Positions 41,493-53,069 of a stretch of DNA of 64,000 bases are shown piece by piece. Below the pieces are notes generated by a model. It did no database searches, was not told the DNA's origin, and worked only from the letters and a program-made list of their open reading frames with translations. The translations under genes were made by a program, and so were the position numbers. The DNA lies in contig NC_069002.1 of NCBI RefSeq assembly GCF_001194135.2, positions 28,544,718 through 28,608,717 of the forward strand, given 5' to 3'. How positions within the stretch are numbered: position 1 is the first letter of the stretch; each line of letters begins with the position of its first letter. Source of the DNA: Octopus bimaculoides (taxonomy: Eukaryota).

Positions 41493-41870
41493 GGAGAATG
41501 TACGAAAAAGCAACAACAGACGAGGACAGGTGGTGTAAATAACAAAAGGATGTATTAGTATGACGCTCGGGAATACGGAAAGTCTTTGACGTTTCGAGTT
41601 ACGCTCTTCAACAGAAAGAATACGGAGACAAGGAGAAAAACACGGAGAAAAAAAACTGAATAGTGTTCAGTCAACGGTCAATCATAGTAATGGCTGACCG
41701 GAAGTTAGAAATTCTTTTTTCAGGAGAGCTAAGAAAAGGGGGAGATAACAAACGGTGATCGAAGAACGAGGGGCTGTGTGTGGGGGAGATAGAATGCTGG
41801 TGATCTTGACGTATGTAGTGTGAAAATGGGGAGGGGAGAAAGGAGTTGTATGTATATGTATTCTTTTATT
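41491..41870 (-). mobile_element. Family E element, longer copy, next to (TA)n
   Basis: Homologous to 32947-33106 and apparently extends about 220 nt further 5' (boundary uncertain). Confidence 0.75.
41583..41619 (-). ncRNA. Minimal hammerhead motif, second family E copy
   Basis: UCUUU-CUGUUGA-A-GAGCGUAACUC-GAAAC-GUC-AAAGA; one stem II substitution. Confidence 0.65.
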
Positions 41871-42231
41871 TATTTGTTTCATTTATTTCACTGTCGCCAT
41901 GCTTGAACACCGCCTTTAAAGGGTTTTAGTCGAAGAAATCTTTGTAAGCCTAGTAGCCATTCTATCGGTTCGTTTTGCGGAACCGCTAGGTCACCAGGAC
42001 GTAAACACACAACCATCGGTTGTCAGGTGATGGTGGGGGGCACAAGCACAGAAACAAAGACAGGCAAATATTTGTTATCAGGCGTGGCTGTGTGGTAAGA
42101 AGCTTACTGCTCAACCACATGGCTCCGGGTTCAGTCCTGTTGCGTGACTCCTTGGGCAACTCTCTTCGACTATTGCCTCGGGCCGACCAAAGCCTTGTGA
42201 GTGGATTTGGTAGACGGAAACTGAAAGAAGC

Positions 42232-42280
<49 letters not shown>

Positions 42281-43070
42281 NNNNNNNNNNNNNNNNNNNN
42301 NNNNNNNNNNNNNNNNNNNNNNNNNNNNNNNNNNNNNNNNNNNNNNNNNNNNNNNNNNNNNNNNNNNNNNNNNNNNNNNNNNNNNNNNNNNNNNNNNNNN
42401 NNNNNNNNNNNNNNNNNNNNNNNNNNNNNNNNNNNNNNNNNNNNNNNNNNNNNNNNNNNNNNNNNNNNNNNNNNNNNNNNNNNNNNNNNNNNNNNNNNNN
42501 NNNNNNNNNNNNNNNNNNNNNNNNNNNNNNNNNNNNNNNNNNNNNNNNNNNNNNNNNNNNNNNNNNNNNNNNNNNNNNNNNNNNNNNNNNNNNNNNNNNN
42601 NNNNNNNNNNNNNNNNNNNNNNNNNNNNNNNNNNNNNNNNNNNNNNNNNNNNNNNNNNNNNNNNNNNNNNNNNNNNNNNNNNNNNNNNNNNNNNNNNNNN
42701 NNNNNNNNNNNNNNNNNNNNNNNNNNNNNNNNNNNNNNNNNNNNNNNNNNNNNNNNNNNNNNNNNNNNNNNNNNNNNNNNNNNNNNNNNNNNNNNNNNNN
42801 NNNNNNNNNNNNNNNNNNNNNNNNNNNNNNNNNNNNNNNNNNNNNNNNNNNNNNNNNNNNNNNNNNNNNNNNNNNNNNNNNNNNNNNNNNNNNNNNNNNN
42901 NNNNNNNNNNNNNNNNNNNNNNNNNNNNNNNNNNNNNNNNNNNNNNNNNNNNNNNNNNNNNNNNNNNNNNNNNNNNNNNNNNNNNNNNNNNNNNNNNNNN
43001 NNNNGACTATTGCCTCGGGCCGACCAAAGCCTTGTGAGTGGATTTGGTAGACGGAAACTGAAAGAAGCCC

Positions 43071-43385
43071 GTCGTAGGATCGCGGTTTCGATTCCCAGAC
43101 CGAGCGTTGTGAGTGTTTGAATGAAAACACCTAAAGCTCCACGTGACTCCAGCAGGGGTTAGTGGCGAACCCCGTTGCACTCTTTCACCACAACTTTCTC
43201 TCACTCTTTCTTCCTGTTTCTGTTGCACCTTTATTTCAAAGGTCCAGCCTTGTCACACTGTGTCACGCTGAATCTCTCCGAGAACTAAGTTAAGGGTACA
43301 CGTGTCTGTGGAGTACTCAGCCACTTGCACGTTAATTTCACGAGCAGGCTGTTCCGTTGATCGGATCAACTGGAACCCACGACGA
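43071..43385 (+). mobile_element. 5'-truncated SINE family A fused to a family C fragment
   Basis: Family C ...GAAAGAAGCCC-GTCGTA joins family A GTCGTA-GGATCGCGGTTTCGATTCC. Confidence 0.8.
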
Positions 43386-43925
43386 TGATGTGTGTGTTTA
43401 TGTATTTCAGTGTTCACTGTTAGAAGACATCTTCGTGTCCACTGATGACAATAGTAATCCAGTTGGATAGGAGCTGAAAAGCTGTTATTGGTTTCGTTAC
43501 TTATACATATATTCATCAAGTAGATTCAAGAAACGTTCAAGCCATAACTCTATTCAACAATTTACTGTTATGTCACGTAATGAAAGGAATACTTATTGGT
43601 TTTCAAAGTGATGTATGGTGCAGTAGTAGATCGACTCCGTGACCTGATTACTAATTTCTTAAAGCATTGAAGGAGAGAACTAAGCTAAGCGTGGAAGAAT
43701 ATAGTCTTTTGTTTCATGCTTCTCACATTCGAGAATTTCAGGTTCAAATCCTCCCTAAGATATACTCCACCTGCCCCATACCTCTTTAGGTGTAACTATA
43801 TATAAGTTCATGTATATAAGTACATGTGTGTATATATATATATATATATATCTATATATATAGATATATAGCGTTTACATATATGCATACATGTCTATAT
43901 ACTTATGTGTATATGCATATTTATT

Positions 43926-43962
<37 letters not shown>

Positions 43963-44014
43963 TTTACATATATGCATACATATCTATGTACTTATGTGTA
44001 TATGCATATTTGCT

Positions 44015-44059
<45 letters not shown>

Positions 44060-44899
44060 NNNNNNNNNNNNNNNNNNNNNNNNNNNNNNNNNNNNNNNNN
44101 NNNNNNNNNNNNNNNNNNNNNNNNNNNNNNNNNNNNNNNNNNNNNNNNNNNNNNNNNNNNNNNNNNNNNNNNNNNNNNNNNNNNNNNNNNNNNNNNNNNN
44201 NNNNNNNNNNNNNNNNNNNNNNNNNNNNNNNNNNNNNNNNNNNNNNNNNNNNNNNNNNNNNNNNNNNNNNNNNNNNNNNNNNNNNNNNNNNNNNNNNNNN
44301 NNNNNNNNNNNNNNNNNNNNNNNNNNNNNNNNNNNNNNNNNNNNNNNNNNNNNNNNNNNNNNNNNNNNNNNNNNNNNNNNNNNNNNNNNNNNNNNNNNNN
44401 NNNNNNNNNNNNNNNNNNNNNNNNNNNNNNNNNNNNNNNNNNNNNNNNNNNNNNNNNNNNNNNNNNNNNNNNNNNNNNNNNNNNNNNNNNNNNNNNNNNN
44501 NNNNNNNNNNNNNNNNNNNNNNNNNNNNNNNNNNNNNNNNNNNNNNNNNNNNNNNNNNNNNNNNNNNNNNNNNNNNNNNNNNNNNNNNNNNNNNNNNNNN
44601 NNNNNNNNNNNNNNNNNNTATATATATATATATATATATAGCGTATTTTTTTTTATAATATTGATTTCAAAATTGAAGTAACATAGTGCTAATAACGTTT
44701 TTGTTTTTATTTATTTTCTTTATTTGTTCCACCTCTCATATTGATCAGTTCATAGCAACAATCTTTAGAGCGAAATAAAAATATAAATGTAATTTTCCAG
44801 ACATTCCAATTTCAAATAACTTTCCTGGCAATAGTTAGATGCTATATTACAAATTTCACACTTTCGTTCTCCCTGCTGCTTTACTCTATCTTCTGTTAG

Positions 44900-44948
44900 G
44901 AGATGTGATTCCTGATATTCTACGAAAACAGGAAATTGAAGGAAGGAG
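44900..44948 (+). CDS. Best candidate host-gene exon (49 nt, phase 1-2)
   Basis: Long polypyrimidine tract ending TCTTCTGTTAG, purine-rich exon, GAG|GTATGC donor; reads (G)DVIPDILRKQEIEGR(R/S). Confidence 0.5.
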
Positions 44949-45365
44949 GTATGCTGTTGTGTCCCTCATGCATTTCCCAAGTATATCGAGAGCGCAATCG
45001 AATCGGTCCGACTTAGAGGTTGCTAATGACTTAGCGGTTTATGTTCATAGTTCATGAGAAAATATAGAGGCACAATGTCTGCAGTTTGATAGGTTATTTA
45101 TGAGGCAGCGGTAACGTTAGTATCGATCGATCGATCTCTTCTTTTATCTTTTGCTTGTTTCGGTCATCAGACTCTGAGCCATGTTGGGCCACTGCCTTGA
45201 AGAAATTTTAGTCAAATGAATTGAGTCCCATCTACTTATTTTAAAGCCTGGCCCTTATTCTATCGGTCTCTTGTGACGAACCGCTAAGTTACGGGGACGT
45301 AAACACACCAACACCGGTTGTCAAGGGTGGTGAGGGACAAACACAGAAAGATATATACAAACAGG

Positions 45366-45416
<51 letters not shown>

Positions 45417-45867
45417 ATAGGACGGGCTTCCTTCAGTTTCCGTTTACCAAATCCACTCACAAAACTNNNNNNNNNNNNNNNNNNNNNNNNNNNNNNNNNN
45501 NNNNNNNNNNNNNNNNNNNNNNNNNNNNNNNNNNNNNNNNNNNNNNNNNNNNNNNNNNNNNNNNNNNNNNNNNNNNNNNNNNNNNNNNNNNNNNNNNNNN
45601 NNNNNNNNNNNNNNNNNNNNNNNNNNNNNNNNNNNNNNNNNNNNNNNNNNNNNNNNNNNNNNNNNNNNNNNNNNNNNNNNNNNNNNNNNNNNNNNNNNNN
45701 NNNNNNNNNNNNNNNNNNNNNNNNNNNNNNNNNNNNGGCGGAATTTGAACTCAGAACTTCGCTAAATATTTTGTCTGCCAGCTTGCTTCTTCGCAAATAA
45801 ACTAATCTTTTAATAAAACAAGATATATATTTTTTCACTGTCTTTTATAATTTCTTTTTTTTTTACT

Positions 45868-46976
45868 CCAGGTACAAGGTCCGAAATTTTTGGAGAGAGG
45901 ACCAGTCAATTAGATCGACCTCAGTATGCAACTGGTACTTAATTTATCAACACCGAAAGGATGAAAGGCAAAGTCGACCTCGGCGGAATTTGAACTCAGA
46001 ACTTCGCTAAATATTTTGTCTGCCAGCTTGCTTCTTCGCAAATAAACTAATCTTTTAATAAAACAAGATACATTTTTTTTACTGTCTTATATTACTCTAA
46101 GCAAACTTGTTTATGTGGTTCCACAAACACAAAAATATTAAATTCAAACAATCACTTACTTTATAGACATGTTGTGGCAGGTGGGGAGGAGAAATTCACT
46201 GTTTTCACTGTAGAAACGTTTAAGGTGACGAGGTAGTAGAATTGTTAAAGCGTCGGAAAAAAATTGCTTTGCTGTATTTCTATTGGTTCTATGTGTTACG
46301 CTTTCAAATCCTGCAGAGGTCCACTTTCCCTTTTTAATTACTTTCTGATCAATAAAACAAGTAACAGGCCGAGCCCTGGGGTAGATTTAATCGACTACCT
46401 CTCCTACCCTCTCCCACTAAAAATCAAAGGGCCATGTGCACAAAGTAAAAAGAATTAGAGCGAAGTCGAATGCAGCGACTCAGCTGAATCGTTAAAGCAG
46501 CAGGGAAAAACTGCTTAGCTGCATTTGTTCCAGTTCTCTGCGATTTAAGTTCAAATCTCGCCGGGGCCAATCTTGGATTTCGCTTGTTCGGGGTTATTAA
46601 AATAAAGTACCAGTCATGTGCTGAGGTACGATGGTATCGACTAACCCCTCCCATCAAAACTGCTGGTGGTGTGCCTAAATTAGAAACCATTATTGGTACG
46701 CCTGCGGCCCCATCTTGATCTTATAAACTAACTAGAAAATAAATAGGGGTAAAAATAAAAATCCCAACACAACCCACAGTTACGTACAGCTATCCAATAG
46801 AATAGTTGATTAGGTTGTTCCAACTAATCAACCGGTAATTATTTTATCGACTCCGAAGAGATGAAAGGTTAAATCAACCTCGGCGGAATTTGAGCTCAGA
46901 ACGTAAAGACGGACAAAATGCCGTTAAGTTTCTTATCTGTCGTATTAAGCTTCTTATCTGCTAACTTGCCACCTTA
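45868..46976. mobile_element. Cluster of SINE family B copies (-, +, +, -)
   Basis: Family B body at about 45868-46035, 46222-46450, 46478-46690 and 46770-46976. Confidence 0.8.
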
Positions 46977-47099
46977 TAGAACTTTCGTAATAGAACTGAG
47001 ACGAAAAATTTTGCAAGAATTCCAAGATTTTTTCCTCAAACACACGCTAATAATGGTATTCTGCTGGCTTTCAGATGTAATTTTTGGGAGGTTAGTGTA

Positions 47100-49260
47100 C
47101 AAGCTATGAGAAGGAACACATCAATGACACACGGCATTGATTTGATATTTCAAAAATTAATACAAAGTGTAGAAAATGATAAAATATGTGTACGGGAAGG
47201 ACATATTTCTTTGCCTAAAACATTACCAAGCAATAGTGCCCATCAATCTTTTCTGCTGGGCGTCTTTAAACACTGGAATCACTAGCGTGAAATGTCTGAG
47301 AAAGATTGATTTGCGGGGAGAATCAAGAAACAAAACATCTTTTGTTTAGCATGTCGAATATTAGGAAAAGACGGAATTACTGCAAGCTTGACAGCAGAGA
47401 ATGGATGGTCTGCCGCAGAGTGAAAAAGAAAGAATAGGAAGAAAATTATGTGATAGAGTTCTTGTGAGAGAACTCCTGAACGAAATTGAGTTATATATCA
47501 TGGAGAAAGTGATCGAATAAAGATTTAATTCGAATAGATTAATGGAGCATTTTCTCTATAAACAGATAAAATATTAATCCAGTTCGCTTCCTCTACTACG
47601 ATAAAAACCGGAGCACAGGAGACGAATTGAACTAATATATTTTCACTGTCTGACTGATGACATTTTATTTTATCTTTGGGTGAAAGTGGGTTAGCATCCC
47701 ACAGTGGTTAGATTAGTGATGTTTACAAAGTAAATCTATAGGTTGAACAACAACTTACTGGGATCCGGTGCTTGAAACCCATGTCAGGAAATTCAAAGAA
47801 AGTTAGGAAAGCGAAAATGGTTGCAAGTACATTAGTCAGTTTAACCCTAAACTGAATTTATTTCGTTTTGCTCCAACCTGGTTTTGAAATCCATACTTTA
47901 TGAAAGATCAGACGTAAAATACCAATTGATGCAACACCTGATCCCACACCTGTCATTTATACAACGTTTGTTATAAGTTACCTTCAGAGCAAAGGATGTG
48001 AGTTCAAGTTTTTGGAAAGATTTCTATTTCTTAAAAACAGAAACCAGATTCTATGATTGCAAACCTGATAAAGGAAACTAAGTAAAAATAATGTTTTCTT
48101 GGAAGGTCGCCGGAATTTGAATATTAAAATTGCACAAATATGAAAGCCAAATTGTAAGGGAGTGTAGAGAATATTACTTAAAATTCCTCTCTTTTCACCA
48201 GACCAGACATTGAATTTATTGAAACAGATCCAGCAGATCGATTCACTGAAGTGGTTAGCTTTTTCTTTTGGGAAGAAGCAAAAGGGTCCATAAGATATTT
48301 TACAATAGTCTAAACACATACACTACCCATCAATCATTGTCACGTTTGTTAATCATCAGAAGGTTAACCAGAATGGATGTCAGGGAAACATTTGCACCGA
48401 GTCTCAGTGGTGTCAAAGCTCTGTTGTGGGTTAGAATCCAATATTCTTATTTGATTGGTGATACTCATATAAAAGTAAATCTTTGTGTTGAACTGTTTCT
48501 TCCCGGCATCCCGTGTTGAATGCCATATCAGGAAAGCAAAAGAAAGCCAAGTAAAGAAATTCGCAAGTATATTATTTGTCAGTTAAATCCCAAAATAAAT
48601 TATATGTCTTGAACCGTACCTGACGCCAAGTACCAAGAATGAAGTAAAAGAAGCCACTAAATATATTTCCTTTCAGTTGCATTTTCATGGCCTCCATCTA
48701 CTTCTAAATTTTTGCTTCCATTAACACAGCAACTTTGTATTACAGATGCCACTGTTGATATTGCAGACTACGTTGAAATGTCTATTGAAAAACTCTAGAA
48801 CCTGTGAAAACCATTTGACATTCTGCTGACAGAATCAAAACACGTCGTTTACAATCAACAAATTGAAATAAAATAAGAAGGGAATGACAGAAAGTGATAG
48901 AAACTGAGGAAAACCAGTCAGGTGGTGAAGGCCAAACGAAGGACACTTGACACACATATGCAGAATCATAATTTCGGACATCCGGGTTTTTAATTTTTTT
49001 TTTTTTCTCAGTTCTGTCTTTGCTAGTCTTACTAAAAGATTTTGAAGCTGCAAAGAAAGTTTCCGATACTTTTCCATTCCTCTGGCAATAGCTGTCTACA
49101 TCGGAAAATCTTTTGGTCAGGAACTACGAGTCATTTGCAGAAAATTATAATGTTGTTGTAAATAGCGAAGAACTTTAAGACGAATTAATCGACGCAAAAA
49201 CTTATGTACACTGGCACATGTTGAACATTTCTACTGAAACTCTTCGGCTTAGACAACAAA
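47100..49260 (+). pseudogene. Decayed hAT (ZMYM1/TTF-zinc-finger type) transposase relic
   Basis: CVREGHISLPKTLPSNSAHQSFLLGVFKHW and FCLACRILGKDGITASLTAENGW resemble the TTF-type zinc-finger N-terminus; downstream parts only weakly recognisable, extent approximate. Confidence 0.45.
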
Positions 49261-49369
49261 GTATACAACTACGACAAAAGAATTTAGAAACTTCGAGAGA
49301 TATCAACTAAATTATATTTTAGCGGCAGAACACGAAGTAGATAAAGTTATAAATAATCCTTTCTCTGAG

Positions 49370-49905
49370 CATAAGGCCAGCAATTTTAAGGGGAGGCGTA
49401 AGTCGATTATATCGACCCCAGTATATGACTTATTTAATCGATCCCGAAAGTGCCCTTCATCCTCTGTAATATCAACTCAATGCTGTGTCATTCCGCGATG
49501 GATGTTGAACTCAGAACGTAAAGACGGACGAAATGCCGCTGAGTATTTTATCCGGCGTGTAACGCTTCTACCAGCTCACCGCCTTGATTAAGTTAAATAA
49601 TAGTATTTAGAACATTGGGTTGGGGCAATCTTAGACTTTCTTCTATCCAAGGGATTTTTAAAACCCAATATTTTACAGATCGTTTTATTAAGACGATGAA
49701 TAGGCAGAAACGTTAGCGCGCCGGACAATATAATTAGTGGTACTACTTCCGACTTTACTTTCCGAGTTCAAATTCTACCGAGACCGATTTCGCCCTTCGC
49801 CCTTCCAAGGTTGGTAAAATAAGGTACTAATTGAGCAACTGGAGTCAATATAAACGACTACCCCGCTCCCCAAAAATTTCAGGCATTGTGTTTACAGTCG
49901 AAAGA
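49370..49905. mobile_element. Head-to-head pair of SINE family B copies
   Basis: Minus copy about 49370-49586, plus copy about 49690-49905. Confidence 0.8.
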
Positions 49906-50423
49906 ATTAATTATAGCTTTATCGCCGTTAAAAAAAACAATTTACTTCAGCACAAGCTGGAAAATATCGTCCAATACAATGGCGCATCACTCTGCATTTT
50001 TCTCTCGATGCCAGCGGATGCATCACAAACAGAAAGTTCATTGAGTAGACTAAAGAAAAAAAAAGTCATAATAACTCAGATGAAAAATTCTGCACACTAA
50101 AGGACACGCTGAGCGCTTCTATTGAAGTAAAAAAGAAAGTAACAGTTTAATATTCTGATATGTTTCTAAAACTATCTTTAGTCAAAGTTTCTTTAATCAA
50201 GTTCCTAATCTCAGAACATATTTTCTCAGATGGTGTTTTCGGAAATAGAAATCTTTCTGGAATCTTAAATTTGTAATCTATACTTTAAAAGGTAGCGTAA
50301 AAAATTAAAATTTCATCGCTTTTGTCTTTTTTTTTACCTTCTCCCATCGGTGAATGGGGGTCTGAAAACATTTCTCTTGATCGTAAAAATACTCTAAGAT
50401 TTAGAACATATATACAAAGACAT

Positions 50424-50473
<50 letters not shown>

Positions 50474-50544
50474 GAATGGCTATGTAGAAGTACGTACATA
50501 CGCATACCTGAATGTATGTATACATTCATAAACGCATAGATGCA

Positions 50545-50701
50545 AGCGTGACTGTGTGATAAGAGGCTTGGTTTCCAACCGTATAGTTTCGGGTTCAGTC
50601 CCATTGCGTGGCACCTTGGGCAATTACTTATTAATACAATAGCCTCGGAACGACCAAAGCCTTTCGAGTCGATTTGGTAGAGGGAAATTGAAAGAAGCCT
50701 G

Positions 50702-50738
<37 letters not shown>

Positions 50739-50905
50739 CCACAACAGCTTGGCAACCGGTGCTGGTGTGTTTAAGGTCTGTGTTTAACTTAACCTCTATA
50801 ACTTCGGCAAAAGAGACCGATAGTACTGGGCTCGATTTGTTCGACTAAAACCCTTCAAAGTGGTGCCCCAGCATGGCGATAGTCGAATGACTGAAAAGTA
50901 AAAAA
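50545..50905 (+). mobile_element. SINE family C
   Basis: GGGTTCAGTCCCATTGCGTGGCACCTTGGGCAA head, internal TG tract, family C tail. Confidence 0.85.
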
Positions 50906-51036
50906 TGCACATTATTTACATTTGACGGATATTTGTCCTCATCTTGTTTGTTGTTAACACAACGTTTCGGCTGGTATATCCTCCAGCCTTCATCAGATGT
51001 CTTGAGGAAATTTCGAACCTGGGTTCTCATTCGATG

Positions 51037-51073
<37 letters not shown>

Positions 51074-51145
51074 AGCCACTGCCTGGAATCGAACTCGGAA
51101 TCTTGGGGTTAGTAACCCGCGTTCTTAACCACTATGCCATATACC
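50906..51145 (-). mobile_element. Family D element: tRNA-like Pol III head + (AAT)n + intact hammerhead motif + tail
   Basis: Minus strand TGGCATAGTGG (A box), GTTCGATTCC (B box), then the HHR at 50956-51001; homologous to 15586-15807. Confidence 0.85.
50956..51001 (-). ncRNA. Minimal type I hammerhead ribozyme motif
   Basis: GACAU-CUGAUGA-A-GGCUGG-AGGAUAUA-CCAGCC-GAAAC-GUU-GUGUU: canonical core, 6-bp stem II, palindromic AACGUU stem III, 5-bp stem I with two G-U pairs. Confidence 0.7.
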
Positions 51146-51182
51146 CGTGGGTAATTATGTAATTATGGAGTTAATTTTAGGC

Positions 51183-51390
51183 TTATAAATCTAATATTTT
51201 CCTATCCTTCCTTAATACCGGTTCCCATATGCTATTCATATCTGCACTCGGTCTGCTTAGGAGGTTGTTGTGTCCATCGTAAACTGGAATACATAACTGC
51301 AAATTGCTATAAATATAATTTCAGTGGCAATAATTTTAGTTATAATCTTAGCATATTTAAATTTAGTGTCGTGTGTGTTTAGCCACTGTA
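51183..51390 (-). pseudogene. Possible Penelope-like GIY-YIG endonuclease C-terminal relic
   Basis: Frameshifted VAKH..H-KFKYAKII and DMNSIWEPVLRKDRKILDL* resemble the end of PLE ORFs; recognition from memory. Confidence 0.35.
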
Positions 51391-51509
51391 TAATTCACAC
51401 CCATTGAATTTCAGAGTTCAATGATATTGTTCAGGTCAATGTTTATGCCATGAATAAGCATAAGTGAAGTATTTGTGGAAATTTTAAAATACAATATTTG
51501 TATGCAGCT

Positions 51510-51885
51510 AAGGCGGCGAGCTGGCAGAAACGTTAGCACGCCGGGCGAAATGCTTAGCAGTATTTCGTCTGTCTTTACGTTCTGAGTTCAAATTCCACCG
51601 AGGTCGACTTTATCTCATCCTTTCGGGTTCGATAAATTGCGTACTGGGGTCGGTCTAATCGACTGGCCCCCTCCCCGAAAATTTCGGTCCTTGTGCCTAG
51701 AGTAGATAAGGATATTGTTTAGGTCCAATATATATTCTTTCTTATTTTGGCACAAGGCCAGCGATTCTGAGGGGCGGAGAAGCCGATTACATCGACCCCA
51801 ATGCTGAGCTAGTTCATATTTTATCGATTCCGAAAGGATGAAAGATAAAGTCGACCTGGGTGGCATTTGAACTCGGAACGTAAAG
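51510..51885. mobile_element. Tail-to-tail inverted pair of SINE family B copies
   Basis: Plus copy 51510-51705, minus copy about 51745-51885; CCTTGTGCC...GGCACAAGG close the loop. Confidence 0.85.
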
Positions 51886-52169
51886 ATTCATACGTCAAAA
51901 TATTATTAGAATTTAATTATCATAAGTATAGGAAATTGCAGAACTAATATGGTGGCCAACCAAAGCTCGGAGAAACATGTTTAAAATAGTAAAGAAGAAG
52001 AGATTTAACAGATGTAGGTATGTCTGTATATGTCTCCTCACCGATACTGGTTTGTTTTCGTCCCTATAACAGTTTCTGCCAATGAGACTTATAAGTACTA
52101 GGGTAGATTTGTTCTACTAAACTCTTCAAAGCGATGCCCCAGTATGGCCAAAATCCAATGACTAAAACA

Positions 52170-52203
<34 letters not shown>

Positions 52204-52554
52204 AAGCGTTGGATCGCAGCGGTGCCACAAAGCATATACATTGATATGAATTATTATATGTCAATGAAATTTCAATAATCGGGGGAAAAAGAATTAACTG
52301 TTGACGTTATTGGATGGTAATATTATTGTAGTACATGGCTACACAAATGTAATTTCAATACAAATATTTATAATTATTTGGGAAAGAAAATTAATTCGAG
52401 GAGTGTGCAGAGAATAATTTATTTTGCAACTAAATTAGTGTGTAATGTACTGCGAAGAGAGAACTAATTAAATTGGTTAATTTTAGAGTAAAATCTCTCA
52501 TTTAACTTCACACACACAAACACACACATACATAGTGAGTGTGTGTGTGTAGGG

Positions 52555-53060
52555 GCATAGATGATTGGTTTAAAAAGTTTTGCTTCGCTACCAAATATTC
52601 GATCTCATGGTGCGATACCTTGGAGAAGCGTGTTCAGCTATAGCGACCAGAGTCTGTGTGAAAGCCCATTGCATATGTGTGCATGTGTGCGTGCGCGCAC
52701 ACATTCACATATGTATACACAGTCATAAACAGACACGTACAAGTATTTATATAGTGTGTGAGTGTGTGTGTGTACACACAAACCTTGGTCAAGTGTATTT
52801 TTCTATCGCCTCTGGCCAACCAAAGCCTCGTGAAGTGGATTTGATAGACAGAAACTGAAAGACGCCCGTCGTGTACGCGCGCACGCGCGTGCGTGCGTGT
52901 GTGTGTGTGTGTCCCACCTTTTTTCCAACCGCTGTCCCCGTAATCTAGTTGTTTGGCCAAGGGACCTATACAAAATAAGTACTAGAGCCGATTCATTCGA
53001 CTAAAATTTAAGGTATTGCTCCAGCATAGCCGCAGTCTAATGACCGAAACAATTAAAAGA
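52555..53060 (+). mobile_element. SINE family C, diverged and interrupted
   Basis: Head fragment, CCTTGGTCAAGTG box and tail CTCCAGCATAGCCGCAGTC. Confidence 0.65.
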
Positions 53061-53069
53061 GAAATACCC

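Noticed and set aside
45738-45845. About 105-bp near-exact duplicate of about 45983-46090
   Set aside because: Starts exactly at a gap edge; most likely contig-end overlap
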